A stretch of 63,831 nucleotides of DNA, filler included, from Globobulimina sp. (Eukaryota): NCBI GenBank assembly GCA_003354225.1. It is 37 parts of 37 records of this genome, joined end to end, with 100 filler letters (N's around TTAATTAATTAA, not from the genome) between each part and the next. Parts side by side here need not be neighbours in the genome. Positions count along the whole stretch, not along the records: positions 24,202 to 25,829 come from PIVH01013905.1; positions 25,930 to 27,557 come from PIVH01013906.1; positions 27,658 to 29,285 come from PIVH01013907.1; positions 29,386 to 31,013 come from PIVH01013908.1; positions 31,114 to 32,741 come from PIVH01013909.1; positions 32,842 to 34,469 come from PIVH01013910.1; positions 34,570 to 36,197 come from PIVH01013911.1; positions 36,298 to 37,925 come from PIVH01013912.1; 29 more parts are not named here. One strand, given 5' to 3'. Positions 24,482 to 37,696 of the stretch are shown here, one piece after another. Positions within the stretch are counted from its first letter, which is position 1. Every line of letters starts with the position of its first letter. The notes under the pieces were generated by a model that was given only the letters and a program-made list of their open reading frames with translations, was not told the DNA's origin and did no database searches. The translations under genes were made by a program, and so were the position numbers.

Positions 24482-25314
24482 ATAACAGATGACTATGTTG
24501 TTAATTTCGGAGAATTAACCAGTGCAAAAATCCAATTAGTATGTTCAGATAATAACGTAAAGGGATTTGGATGGGATGTAGAACCATTTAATAACAATCA
24601 AGTCCCATTTTTTCGACAGTTATCTTCAATGATAAAGGCATGTAACAAGAAATGGGGCGTGTTTGCGTTTCCAAATGGCTTTTGTGTGGGGTGAGCTCTG
24701 TCTGCTTTTTTGTCTGTGGTGTGGGGTGTGTTCTGGCGTCAAAAAGTGATTACACATATGTTCGAGTCAACCAATCAGAAAAAAATTATTTTTAGAGTTT
24801 AGGTTAGACGACACACACAAAAGCAGACAGAGCCCACCCCACAGATTTCAATACTGATATGTGGGCTGCATTTGGAGGATCTGGATTTGTCATCGATTCT
24901 TCATATGATCTATCAACGCCATGTCAATGTGTTGAACCAAATGCATATGAAACATTGTTAAGTAATCAATTGGTTGCCTTGAAAGCAAATGCAGCCGAAT
25001 ATAATGTCGATTATCAAATATTATTAAGCGGCAGTGGTTCAACCACAATATATACTCAATACACCGGAGGTAATTCATGTTTAGGTGGTGGACATGTTTA
25101 TAATTATACGTGTCCGTATAAAATGGAAGAATGGATGCAATCTGCGGTCAATGCCATGGATAATGTCACTGTTAAAACTGACGCTCATTTTATTGGTATT
25201 GGTATTTATGATTATACGGATACAAACAATGGTGGCTTCCAACCTGCTCTGCCACCATCACAATCACTAAATTTGCTCAAAAGCAGTGGGTATTGGAATG
25301 ATTCTAATGTGTAG
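24482..25314 (+). CDS. Hypothetical glycoside-hydrolase-like protein, 3' exons 24482-24683 and 24845-25314
   Basis: VKGFGWDVEPF resembles the GH18-type DxE strand; FIGIGIY near the C-terminus. The exons join in frame across intron 24684-24844. Confidence 0.5.
24684..24844 (+). mobile_element. TIR-bounded 161-nt intron (introner/MITE-like)
   Basis: G-TGTGGGGTGAGCTCTGTCTGCTTTT ... AAAAGCAGACAGAGCCCACCCCACA-G: 24/25 inverted match, extending to about 33 nt with three mismatches. GT and AG sit at the exact ends. Confidence 0.75.
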
Positions 25315-25534
25315 TACTTGTTTTGTAATATTATTTCAATTATTAAACTGAAAAACTTAAGTTTTCCCTGTGTTCACTACTCGAGGATTGTTGTCAGTGA
25401 TAATCAAGATTCCAAAGCTTAAAAAACTCCCAACAAAGCAAGAGCATAAATAATGTATGCATATGAATATTTGGAAATGTGGGCCGATGATACGGATACC
25501 CAAAGAGTAAGTATACCGGTCAAAACAAAACACA

Positions 25535-25810
25535 GTGTTTTGTTAATTGTTTTATGTTGTTTTATAATTTGTTTTTTATTGTTTTACAAAAGTTTTGTAT
25601 TGTTTTCTGATGTGTTTTCAAACTGTTTTGTATTGTTTTACAATATGTTTTATGGTGTTTTATAAATTGTTTTATGGTGTTTTATAATGTGTTTTATGGT
25701 GTTTTATAACTTGTTTTATGTTGTTTTATATTGTGTTTTATTGCGTTTTATAATGTGTTTTGTGCAGTTTTACAAATGTTTTATTGTGTTTTGCTTTTTG
25801 TTTTGCAATT
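25535..25810. repeat. Degenerate TGTTTTAT-type low-complexity tandem repeat
   Basis: Many imperfect 9-11-nt units such as TGTTTTATA and GGTGTTTTATAA. Confidence 0.85.
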
Positions 25811-25929
25811 TGCAGTTAATTCAAGACAANNNNNNNNNNNNNNNNNNNNNNNNNNNNNNNNNNNNNNNNNNNNTTAATTAATTAANNNNNNNNNNNNNNN
25901 NNNNNNNNNNNNNNNNNNNNNNNNNNNNN

Positions 25930-26169
25930 ATTGAAATACCACCGCAATTTAAATGCTGTTTAACCAAACAAATTATGGAGAATCCGGTGATTGCATTTGA
26001 TGGACATACATATGATAAAGATGCCATTGTAGCACATCTTAAACAATATCATAAGTCACCAATTACAAATGAAGTGTGTGGCGGCAAGGATGAAATGTCA
26101 TTCATGTTATTTGATGATGATAAACTCAAAAAAGAAATTAATATTTTTAAACAAGCTAATAATTTGTAA
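25930..26169 (+). CDS. C-terminal U-box domain (E3 ligase), 5' truncated
   Basis: IPPQFKCCLTKQIMENPVIAFDGHTYDKDAI...SPIT. Confidence 0.88.
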   Translation: MEIPPQFKCCLTKQIMENPVIAFDGHTYDKDAIVAHLKQYHKSPITNEVCGGKDEMSFMLFDDDKLKKEINIFKQANNL

Positions 26170-26295
26170 TATATTTTATAATTATTTATGCAGATGATTG
26201 AGGATGATGTGCTCACTTACTTGACTTACTTGACTTTTTAGGTTCGGGACGTAAGTACGGTTCCAGACTCACAGATTGCTTGAACAACCCCCTTG

Positions 26296-27448
26296 TCAAA
26301 AAGTGATGTGTTGACCTATCTGGAAAAGCGACAGTTGACCAAGTTTATGCAAAGTGTATTGAACGACGCTATCGATGCCACAACATCGCCAGTCAATCTT
26401 TGTAACATCCATCTCCAATAAGCTGCCTATAAAATCCATGCCTGATCTACCCAATTTATCTGACATCGATTTGGGAAACCAAGCACCATATCCTCTCTGT
26501 GCATAATTTGCAACATAAAAACAGAATATATACAAAAAAAACAGACTTTAACAGTGGAATTAAATCCCTTCAACACGTTTTTAAAGATTTCCTTTGCTTC
26601 ATTGACGCCGTAATATGTACCTGGTGGGACATGAAAAGGTGGAAAGCCAAATATCATCACAAATGCGATAACACCAACCGACCACATATCAGCTGAATGA
26701 CAGTAATCACCGGTTATCACTTCAGGTGCAATAAAATATGGAGTGCCACATAACGTATTCAAGCTTTTCAGCGGTTGGCATATTTGACTCATTCCAAAAT
26801 CAATGATCTGAATATCAGACTCTTTATCGTCACTAACAAATAATATATTTTCCGGCTTGAGATCTCCGTGAAATATTCTATGCTTTGCGTGCATATAAAA
26901 CAACGCCTCGCAAATCATTCGAATCACTCGTTTTGTGTCGTGTTGCTGATAGCCATTTTTCTCTTTGGTTCTAGCAAATAACTCGCCGCCTTTACATTCT
27001 TCCATTACAATATGTAATTCGTGCTTACTTTCATATGTTCATGCAGATTGACGATATATTTATGTTTTAACCGCCGCATTATATCTATCTCCGCCTCCAT
27101 TCTGCTTAACATTTTCTTTCTAATTTTATGTGAAGGATCCAATCTATATATCTTTGCTTTGGATATCTCTTTGACTGCAAATATTTTGCCATCGCATTTT
27201 CTTTGACATTGAAAGGCGGTGCCAAAAGATCCTGGCTTTCCTATTTGTTTCAGTTTAGTGTAATGTGCAGAGAAATGAGTGTCTGGATATTGCTCGGTGA
27301 TCCAGACTGTGCGTAAACGATTCATTGTGGGTTGTTTTGATTTCGCAGTGTTGTAGTCTTCATTTTGTTTTAATTCTGTTTTCTCGCCTTTTTTGTACTC
27401 TGCATTTGTTGTATCGTTTGTGTCACAGTCTGATATTTCTGAACCCAT
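26296..27448 (-). pseudogene. CAMK/CDPK-like Ser/Thr kinase with two frameshifts (about 27038 and 26397); intron 26497-26546
   Basis: GKPGSFG, AVKEI, HGDLKPEN, DFG, CGTPYFIAPE, DMWSVG. One base is missing in HE(T)YESK and two in TK(R)LT. Sequencing error cannot be excluded. Confidence 0.75.
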
Positions 27449-27657
27449 GTTTGATATTAGCTCACTTGACTAAAAATAGAAAACTTGTCAAAGTGCATGG
27501 CAGAAACAAAGTATTTTACAGGTAGCAAACGGGGAGCAATTCGAGAATTGCAAGACANNNNNNNNNNNNNNNNNNNNNNNNNNNNNNNNNNNNNNNNNNN
27601 NTTAATTAATTAANNNNNNNNNNNNNNNNNNNNNNNNNNNNNNNNNNNNNNNNNNNN

Positions 27658-29285
27658 CATAATAAATTAAATGATTTTAAAGCATTTATAGTGGAAGGAA
27701 TTGATTTTAATGATAACTCTGGAAAATTACAGTTGTCGATATCTGCTTTAGCACTTTGGAGGGTTTGCATTAAATTTGGATATGATTTTGATGCATTTAA
27801 TGATTTATTTGCTAAATTAATCCAAATATTTAGTGATTTTACAATGAAATTTGAAAAGGATGAACAGAAAAGTAATGATAAAATATTTGAATTGCGACAA
27901 CGACAAACACGCGCAGTATTAAATATTATTGATGTTTTATTGCAGAATTTAACCCCAACAAATTTACGTCATTTACCGTCGGTAACAAATGTTTCCTGGA
28001 ATCAAATTGCAAAATTAACCGAGAAATGTATTGAAATATTTGATAAAACGCGCAGTTTGGACGGAAATATAATGAAAGAAAGCGATTATTTATGTATTGG
28101 TGGATTAGCGCATATTATAAGTACATATTTCAACACTCTGCGACAGCAAAACGACTCCACCACCGGCCAATCGTATGATGATTTATTTCAATTTGCAAAA
28201 AAACAAAGTATTATATTATGCAAGAAATATATTGCAACCTGGTCTGTAGCAAAGGAAAATAAGTTATTACATTCTATATTATTAAACAAAAGGAATTGGA
28301 CATATAACAATACAGAAAGTGAGAAAAATGAACATAATAAATTATTGATACAATTTCCTTTTTTAGATGGTTTATTATGTGATATTCCGTTATCAATTGC
28401 CGTGGTACCAACTGCTGAATATTTAAGTAAATGCGATTATTTATTAGGAATTATCAAAATGGTGACGGAGTTTATTAAAACAGACAGTAAAATAATATCA
28501 ATTTTGATCCAGTCACGTTTTATTGATGCAATTGGCCGAATTTTGCTACAAATAACAAATAAACATTTTCATTTTCGCTTAAATCGTAGTTTACGGTCAT
28601 TATTGTTTAATTATTGGCGCATTGAATTCTTATTAGCTTATCATATATTGAGCTTATGTAACTTATGTCAATCTGGTGGTGATTCCAACACATTAAAGAT
28701 TATTAATATCCATTCAGCGGCCTGTGTCTTATTAGAATGTATCCCGCCCGGTTATCAACATTTGGCTCATAAATTGTTACATCAATATATTTTATCAAGA
28801 AATTATTTGCCTGCACTCAAAAAATTGGCTGTGAAAAATGTACGAAAAAATCCGCAAAACAATGCCTTGTTAAATGGTAAGTCGACTGCATTTTATATTG
28901 AATCTGATATTGACAAATGTTTTTATGATGAATTAATAAATATTTATACCAAACATGACTTATATTTACCGAGCGTATTTAATAAGAAAATGCATAATTT
29001 ATGTGATGCAAATCATTCATTTTATAATGTATCGCGTATTAAATCATTATGTTGTGTTCCAACCATGGTTCCAACATTTTGGTTGTTGCAGCCAATGATA
29101 AATTTATACAAACACAACATTGGTCCGCAGTCAATTACAACTTTGCTACATTTCTTTTTTATTTTGTCCAAATGCTATAGCGACGATTTTATGGAGGAAA
29201 TAATTACTTTCAATGATGATGAGGAGGATGAGGATGGAGCATCGCATCATTATTGGTGTAATGCAGGCGGTAGTAAATTTCCAAC
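27658..29285 (+). CDS. RPAP1: RNA polymerase II-associated protein 1 (RPAP1/MINIYO)-like, internal fragment
   Basis: ALALWRVCIKFG...FNDLF, LLECIPPGYQHLAHKLL and VPTFWLLQPMINLY match recalled RPAP1 blocks in the right order; ORF spans the contig. Confidence 0.7.
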
Positions 29286-29619
29286 NNNNNNNNNNNNNNN
29301 NNNNNNNNNNNNNNNNNNNNNNNNNNNNNTTAATTAATTAANNNNNNNNNNNNNNNNNNNNNNNNNNNNNNNNNNNNNNNNNNNNTTTATTGGATATTTT
29401 AAGTGAAACAAGAAAAAGAAATAAAATAAAATGTTCATTATATGGCGTATGGAAGGATAATAAAGGAAAACGAAGTTGGTTATTTTTTGTATATTCATCA
29501 ATCTCATCATCATTAAATATTAAATATCCAAAAATTAAAATATCAATGCAACAAACAAGTGATACTTATGGATGGAGACAAGATTTATTAATTTTTGACT
29601 GTGTGTGATTGTTATTTAT

Positions 29620-31013
29620 GTGTATTAATGGTGTCTGTTCGCTATTTTTTTGTTAAGCGAAATGTTACCAGATTTGATATCGTGCTTTATATTATTTATA
29701 AGACTCCCTCGATCATAAAGGAAGGTGATATTACATTTCATAGTGTACCAGAAACGGTAAAATATATACCGCCACATGTGCATTCTGGGCAAAACGGCGC
29801 AATTCCAGCAAATCTGAATGAATTTGACGGTCACTTTGAATCATTACATATTAAACCATCATTGTCATCGTCGGCTTTTTTCTCTTTCTCGTCCTGGCAA
29901 TCCTCGCTTTTCTCAATTAAATATTGCATTTCGTCCAATTTCTCCACCACTCCGTAGATCGCATCATTGCCGGAATAGTACGCCAACTCCATCGGATTGC
30001 CAATGATTTGCTTGTTATACACCTGCAAATACTGCAACTTGTCGCTTACTGAGCGTATTGATAATATTCAACATTCGGCCCGCTTTGCTCCACAAATTTC
30101 CTTTCTTTTCTGCACTAATTTCTTCTTTCTGTTCAGCCGTAACATCATACAAAGGTCGCGAACGTGGACTTGGTCCAATTTGCCGTACGCACAGCTTAAC
30201 AAATATTGTGCTGCGGGAACATAGCAAGCAGCGTAATTTGGTGACAACGCAATACTTTCCACGCGTTCTCCGCTATGAATGCCTTCAATGTCTATAATTT
30301 CCACAGATTCTTTAAATGTGACAGTTTCGTCTTTTTCATCGCCTTTTTCCTCAATAAATGCACTCAAATCATGCACTCCGACATCTCCGTCATTGGAAGC
30401 CACCGCCAACAGATCCTCTATCAATGACAAATTGGATATCTTTTGGTAATGACACCTGAACGAATGTAATATTATTAATTTATCCGCATTCAATATGGAG
30501 ACAGCTCCATTATCTTCGCCAACAATCACTATCTTATTGAATTTGCCCCACTCAATGGCAGTAATTGCCGTATTGAAGGTTTTCGTGCTTTGTATCTGCG
30601 GCATGCCGTCTTTTTCAATGTTTGCAGTCAGAAACTGCCCGTTTTTGCTCCCCGAAGCATTCCGAGTGCCGATGCCAATACAATTTGAATTATTTATTTT
30701 CAAAGTATCCACATATTCGTACGCTTTCAATTCGGACTGTATCTCCTTCCATTCTCTGTATATTCCCGTTTTTATATCAATCACAATAAAAGCACAACTT
30801 TTTGCTTTCCCCGCTAATTTGACGGAAGAATGTTCATTAAATCCAACGTATAAAAATGCATTATTTATATCAAAACTTCTTTCGTTTGGTCCAAACGGCA
30901 AATCAATACTTTTCCGAATGATAGCTTTGCTTTGATCCGGATCCCCTTTATGATTATAACCAGGACCAGGACCCTGCTCTAAATATGGTGAAATAAGTGT
31001 TTTTGGGATCTCA
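29620..31013 (-). pseudogene. WD40-repeat protein with frameshifts/stops in its 3' half
   Basis: ITAIEW...VGEDNGAVSI, CHYQKISNL...ASNDGDVGVHD. The frame appears to switch near 30150 and 30040. Confidence 0.55.
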
Positions 31014-31113
31014 NNNNNNNNNNNNNNNNNNNNNNNNNNNNNNNNNNNNNNNNNNNNTTAATTAATTAANNNNNNNNNNNNNNNNNNNNNNNNNNNNNNN
31101 NNNNNNNNNNNNN

Positions 31114-32741
31114 CTGATCATATGCTTGTTTAGCCCTTTCATAAGCAATGGTCGTTCGAGCATGTTCGGCAATGGGGGCATGTCCTTTCAACCATACATT
31201 CCATTTATTTTGATCTTTTATGAATCCATTTGGTTTTATTACTCCGCCTGGTGTATATTCACTTCGGCCTGAAGTTGCAGCTCGTGGAGTTTTCGAGGCC
31301 ACTGGAGCAGATTCAGTTTCTGATTTCTTATCTGTTTTTATTGGTTTAGTTTCAGCAACGAAGAGTGCATTCATGTCTGCATCATTGGCCATCATCTCTG
31401 CTTTAGTGGCATCTGCATACATTAGTTGAATGGTCACATTTGGCAGTTGAGGCATAAGGCGCATGTAAGCTCTGACTCTTGGTTTTAATCCTTGCTTGAA
31501 AGTGTGAATGAGGAATGGATTACTCACTTCCGCTGCTCCATTTGGCCAACACTTGGTAAGAGTAGATTCAAATCTTCGTACATATTCTTGAACTGTGTCA
31601 GTTCCCTGTTTCAATGTGGTAAGTTCTTCTATTCTTTCTGCTGGTGTCCGTTGATCTGCATATCGTAAGATTAGCAGTCTTTTGGTTCGGTCATAATTCT
31701 CTAAATCATAGTCTGGTTGACCTTGAATAATAGTCAGGCATTCGGCAGGAATTTTGGTTGACAAAAATGCGATTTTTGTGATGTCATCTTCCACATGCAG
31801 ATATCTGCACATAAGTTCAAATATGAATAGCCATTGCTTGATATCATCTTTGGCTGGATTAAATTCCTTGACCAGTTGTTCGCATTTTAACCAGCTTGGT
31901 GTTTGACCATCATTTTCATCATTCAGTAATCTGGTTAAATGTTGTCCAAAATCATTCAGAGCTAGTGCCAGGACTTGAGCCAGATTATTGTAGCATTTAT
32001 TTGGATCAACTCCTCCATCTCCCTGTTGATTGGTGTTTGGTGGGGGTCCATTTCCATTTCTACTGGGCTGGTGACCGTAAGGTCCACCAGGCGGCCCTCC
32101 TCTGGGTGGTCTTCGACTTTGTGTGTAAGTTTCTTCAAGTAGACATGAACCTTGTGGTTGTTGTAAAACTGGTGTTTCTTGTTCAAGCACATTTTGAACC
32201 AGGGTTTGTTGCTGATCAGCTTCATGATCACGATTGTTTTGCACGAGTTCCTCTTGATAACGTTGATTTACCTCCGCCAGATGATTTTCCTTATATGAGG
32301 CGGTTTGCAATTCGTCTTGACTCGTTTTAAGTTGAGCTCGAAGTCGATCGACTTCACTTAAGGCTTCTCGTCGCATTTCAGTCATGCTATTTTCGTGACA
32401 TTCTTTTTGGACCATTCGGTGTTGACGACTTCGAGTCCTTTCGGCATCCAATTCGGCCTGTTGATCGTCGGCGGCTCCTTTTTGGGCTTCAAGCCATTGT
32501 TCTCGGTCAATTCTCCATTCCTTCTCGTGTTGAGCTTGAAGTTGACGACGAGCTGTTAGGGTTGCTTCTTCGATCAAGCGAGCTAATTTAGCTTCTTCAG
32601 CTTTTAATTTGTCACTGATTTCTTGTCGAACTGTTTGATATCGACGTTTCCAACCCTCTAGCTGTTGATGTAGTTGAGTCACTTCACCATCTTTTCTTCC
32701 GACTTCCTCCTGATTTTCTCGATATAAGTTTCGATAAGTTT
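31114..32741 (-). mobile_element. Ty3/gypsy-like LTR retrotransposon Gag (coiled coil plus capsid domain), open across the whole contig
   Basis: EFNPAKDDIKQWLFIFE...KIAFL...LILRY...LKQGTDTVQEYVRRFE (major homology region)...FKQGL; intronless and GC-richer than host genes. Confidence 0.85.
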
Positions 32742-33034
32742 NNNNNNNNNNNNNNNNNNNNNNNNNNNNNNNNNNNNNNNNNNNNTTAATTAATTAANNN
32801 NNNNNNNNNNNNNNNNNNNNNNNNNNNNNNNNNNNNNNNNNTTCTCTCCCAATGCTGCTATCAATGAATGACCTGGTGCTTGCACAAATTGATGGTGCTG
32901 CCATGATAAACAGCAGTGTACTAAAGGTTTTTAAACTCAACTTATAATATCATCGCGTGGCATCATGCGCAAAATAAACTAGTTTTGAACAACTATTTAG
33001 TTGATGGTAGCACGCGATGTATTCCTTAAAAATG

Positions 33035-34469
33035 TTAAAGATCCTCAACATTATCTTTATTCATCCTTGCATTGAATTCTTTTGTTGTAACAATCTTTTT
33101 ATTTGCTTCCTTTTGTCTGGCTTTACTTTCCAACTGTTGCTGCACAATAATTCCTTGAACCAGCATTCGCCACAAACCACACATTTTTTTCTTTTCCTTT
33201 TCTTGTTCCTTTTCTTTACGTTTTACATCCATTTCATCCGTAATCCGATTTAGTTCACTTTTATAACTTTTATGTACAACAATTCCATCAAAGACTGGAA
33301 CAGATCTTCCTCTCCGTTGGTCAAATCCAACCATGGCTTTGGCATATTCGATTTCCATCCTTTTCGCGGCAAAGACAGCCCCATTCCTTGAAATATGGAC
33401 ACAGCCCTCAGGCAAATGCACATCGCTCCACAACTCTATATTTCCGCGCGAGTTCACTGGCAATTTATCATTTGCTCCAATTTTAGGCGCAATATATTTT
33501 CTACATTGCCATTTTCCAAATAAATCCGTAAACTCCTCTTCAGATTTGCTCATATGACTGGTCTTAACCTGTTTGGTGAACCCCTCGCCTTCCTTCACTA
33601 CGTAGGCCAATTTGTACCATCTTTCCCGTGTATGCAAATCGCATAAATTCGAAACTGAATACACATTTTCACCCTTTATCTGGCCAATTACTTGCGACTC
33701 GTCCTTTGGATATATGGTCTCATACTTTTTCACAAATTTCTCAATCACAAACAATGGATGATTCCGAAACAAGCCCTCTGTTTTTGGGATTGGTTCACTT
33801 TGAATGCATTTATTGATTTGTTGCCTATCTTTGGCAAATATATCCAGCCACAACTTATCATTTAATATATATTGCCAGCCGTATTGATATGAAACTTGTT
33901 CATTTTCTCTTTTCCATTTTTCAATCATCGCATTATAAAAATCGTTGTGCATCACACGGTTTTTCAAGGCATAGCTCCAAATCTCTGCATATCTCGGTGT
34001 CACATCATGAATGCCGCCAAATTTATCAATAGAAATGCAATAATTCATTTTGTTGTTGTTTCGCTCACAGTCGCATTGATGCAGATTATTTTCGCATAAA
34101 TCAATGTGTATTCTGCCTTTATCCAACAACACATGAACCCATTCATTGCGATCAGACAAATAAACTTCGACGCATTGCACCATACTTCCCTTGTTCTTGT
34201 CGTATATGAAATGCTGTCCTAAATAATTAAAATCATGATCAGGTTTCACATTCTTTAATGCTAATTTTTTGAATAATCTTTCATGTGCCGACGATTTCGG
34301 ATTTCGTAATGTCTCCAATCTCATTTTAATTCCGGTTTTACTTCTTTTCAATGTATTTGCCAATAATTGGACGGCGTCATCGCGATATTCCCATAAATAT
34401 ATATCATCTTTGATGCTCCAATGCTTTTTCGAATTTGGTGTTTCTTTTTGCTTTTCTTTGCTTTTTGTT
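33035..34469 (-). CDS. XPC: XPC/Rad4 nucleotide-excision-repair protein, C-terminal part (BHD1-3)
   Basis: DVTPRY, FRNHPLFVIEK, LHTRERW, LFGKWQ, PVNSRGNIEL, LPEGCVHI, AMVGFD, PVFDGIVV. Confidence 0.95.
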
Positions 34470-36375
34470 NNNNNNNNNNNNNNNNNNNNNNNNNNNNNNN
34501 NNNNNNNNNNNNNTTAATTAATTAANNNNNNNNNNNNNNNNNNNNNNNNNNNNNNNNNNNNNNNNNNNNGCTGGAAAAATAAGCCTAAGCTCTTTTTTGT
34601 GACCGAATGATCGGCGTAGATATCCAACTCATTCTCATGCAAAAACTTAATAAAATAATAGCAAAAGTTCCATTTCTTTGGGTCTGCTTCTGATCGCATT
34701 AAATATTCAAACAACGATACACAAATTTCGTGCGCTGATTGGCGATGGCGAATGGACCGCCATCTACTGACATCACTGCAATCTGCGTGGAACTGTTCCG
34801 ATAGACAGCACACAAATAATTTGCCATCCACCGAAGGAATGATATTTAAATGTCTGCTGTTTGTCGCCGACGCATTGATTCTGTCGCACTGTTCTCCGTC
34901 ATTTTGGTCCGCTGTTGTTTTACTAAAATAGTCAGTAGTTTTGTGCGTATATAAATAGATCAATACTGACAATACGTCAGTTGCTGGCGGTGTGGAGGCT
35001 TTTGGCACCGTCATATGTGAGAAAATCTAATGTTATGTCATGAAGGGGCGTGGGTTATGTTTGCTGTGTGGTAATATATGCTATGTACAAAGAACAGAAC
35101 CTGATCGGTATATTTGCAGCACAATTTAATCACATTCCATTCGAACGCTTCCTCTGCGCGAAAGCCAACAAACCTAGAGATAAATGCCTCCAATTTGTGC
35201 CAGTATTTGGCTTCAAATCGTTTCTGTCGTATCTGTACATGATGCTTTTTATGCTGACCATGCATTGGTACGTGCGCTTTGATTGCATGCTTAATTGTTA
35301 GGTATTTCTGGCAATCGTCGAGTTCTTTCGTGAGTTGGTTTGAATGAGTTTTTCGATGTTTGTGTACAATGTGTTTGAATGTTGTGGTGGCACAATGCCT
35401 GATAATAATTCAATATACTTCTTTTTGTTGATTTGTTGTGGTGGAATCATTTTATACAGCTCCAATGCAAGGAAAGCTATATCTCGATTTCTTGTTGTTC
35501 CATTTTTATGTGCATTTAATGTATCGTTCAAAACAGTCAGTTCATTGAATCTATAAACAACTTTCATTGCATTGAATTATTGCTTTGATGAGTTAGGTGT
35601 TCAGTTGTGATGCATTTAAAGGAGTCGAAAACATTCAGAAAAAAAACGCACTCTTAGTGCAGTGCGAGGATAGGTGTAATAATTGAAATAAAAACGAAAA
35701 AAGTAACCCAATGATAATAATTATTATAGTTAACTATTAAACAACACCATAAAATAAATTAAATGACCAGAAACTGAATATCCTCACGTATAATACTGAA
35801 ACAATCCATTTTTTTTTTATATTATATGCGCTAACATGCTTTGGTTTTATTGCATGTATTTTCAGCAATAATTATTTGAACGATGGTTATTTATAAACTC
35901 ATCCTTTGCTTTCTCTTTTTTAACAGCTTCATTCCAAAGATCAATCAAGAATGTCCCCCATGCAAAATCCCATAATGTCTCGTACCATTTCCTGTTTTTC
36001 TGTTATGTAAACAGCACGTTTGTGAGTTGTGATGACAATTGGATATATTCATTAATTCACAGTAATACCTCTTTTCTCTTTTGCTCTGCTTCCATGATAA
36101 ATTCCGGGGCATACGCAGCTCCACCAATGACCACAAACAGTGCAAACCCGACTGACATGATTATTAAAATATATCTCAGAGGGCACATGGTTCGATGNNN
36201 NNNNNNNNNNNNNNNNNNNNNNNNNNNNNNNNNNNNNNNNNTTAATTAATTAANNNNNNNNNNNNNNNNNNNNNNNNNNNNNNNNNNNNNNNNNNNNTGA
36301 GAACAAAGAAAAAGAAAACAAAAACGAAAAAAAAAAATAAAACGGATAAAGTTATAAATTATAAAAAAATAAGAT

Positions 36376-37696
36376 TTAATCAAGAAAGGCTCTTTTTCTT
36401 CCAGGTTTGTGCTTAGATAAAGTCTCAGAATCACCGGACGCTCCCGATTGATGGCTCGCAGTCGCAATCATTTGAACGCCATCCATATTTAAAACAGTAT
36501 CGTTTATGTCATGTCCGTTTGAATATGTTCCACCCGAACTATTTAAAATATGTTGCCGCAATGACGTATCTGTAATCTCCGAGTTATTTGTAATGATACT
36601 CCCAGAATGCGGTGATAATGTCCTTTGTGTGTGATCATGCGTAGTATGAGTATGCGTGTCATCATTTGCTTCATTATTTAAATGGTTTAAAATCTCTTCT
36701 CGCTTTAAAAAAGTCCATTTCTCGCCAACCAATGACCAATACCAAAATGTCAAAGCAATGGAACTAAAAATATGATACACGCCATGTCCGATATTTTCAC
36801 AAGTTTTATCAATCTCTAATATATCGATTAAATATCCACAGCCTGCGATGATTATAAATATTAAGGCAAAGATAGCCTTTTTATTTTCTGTGGATATCTC
36901 AAATAAACCCAGCGAGAAATAATGCTGTGGCTGCGTGCTACTCCCAATTGAGGATAATCGCAAATTGCGTGATTGCGGAGAGCCGCAGTTTTGTGCCCCA
37001 TCATCTAAGGGCCGAATCATTAGTATTTTCCGTATGAAAAATTCACACAAAAAAAAGGAAACATATGAAAATGAGTAGACACCTCCGGATAAGTATAATT
37101 GCGTAGATTGCCCGAAATATAAAATGGCGACAATTCCAAGCGATAACGCCATGAGTACTGCTATGATGGTTGAGATCCAATGATATTTGGATGAGAATAA
37201 TATCTGTTAGATGGTTAGGTATTAAATTCAATTTGTTTACAAATAGACAACATGGAAAACACTAAACTGTATGTATTTGTTTTGCATTTTTCTGGTTTTG
37301 CGCAGGGGTTTGGTGCACTTTATAATATCTACGAATTTTAAATTGACAAAATAAGCGAGTCCATGAAAACATTGATAACATCAAATAAATACAATACAAT
37401 GCAACTACGTCAATATAACAGGCATATGATGGACCAGCACAACCATGACACGCAAAGGAACCAATTGCATGGCACACTGACAATACACATAAAATATAGG
37501 TATAGATTCCCGTTTGAAATGAATTTGAAAATGGTGTGTGATATTTGAGACAATTACAATTAAACAAATATAATTGTTCCAAGTCATAAAATGCAATATT
37601 TAACGGCAATAAGACATATGCTAAAGACGACCAGCCCACAAATGTTGATGGTACACAGGGAAATGTTGCGTCTGTAAAACTGTGACAAGAAGACAT
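36376..37696 (-). CDS. CREST-superfamily membrane protein, SID1/ceramidase-like; intron 37204-37267; 5' end uncertain
   Basis: SSLAY, GSFACHGC (SxxxH), IDVVALY, GHGVYHIFSSIA (HxxxH) within a multi-TM sequence. Confidence 0.72.

Noticed and set aside
25453-25881. Hydrophobic F/V/C/Y-rich ORFs as membrane proteins
   Set aside because: Translations of a TGTTTTAT low-complexity repeat.
29620-30040. Alternative genetic code (stop reassignment)
   Set aside because: Conserved genes across the window read through without internal stops and end at TAA, TAG or TGA; stops here fit pseudogene decay.
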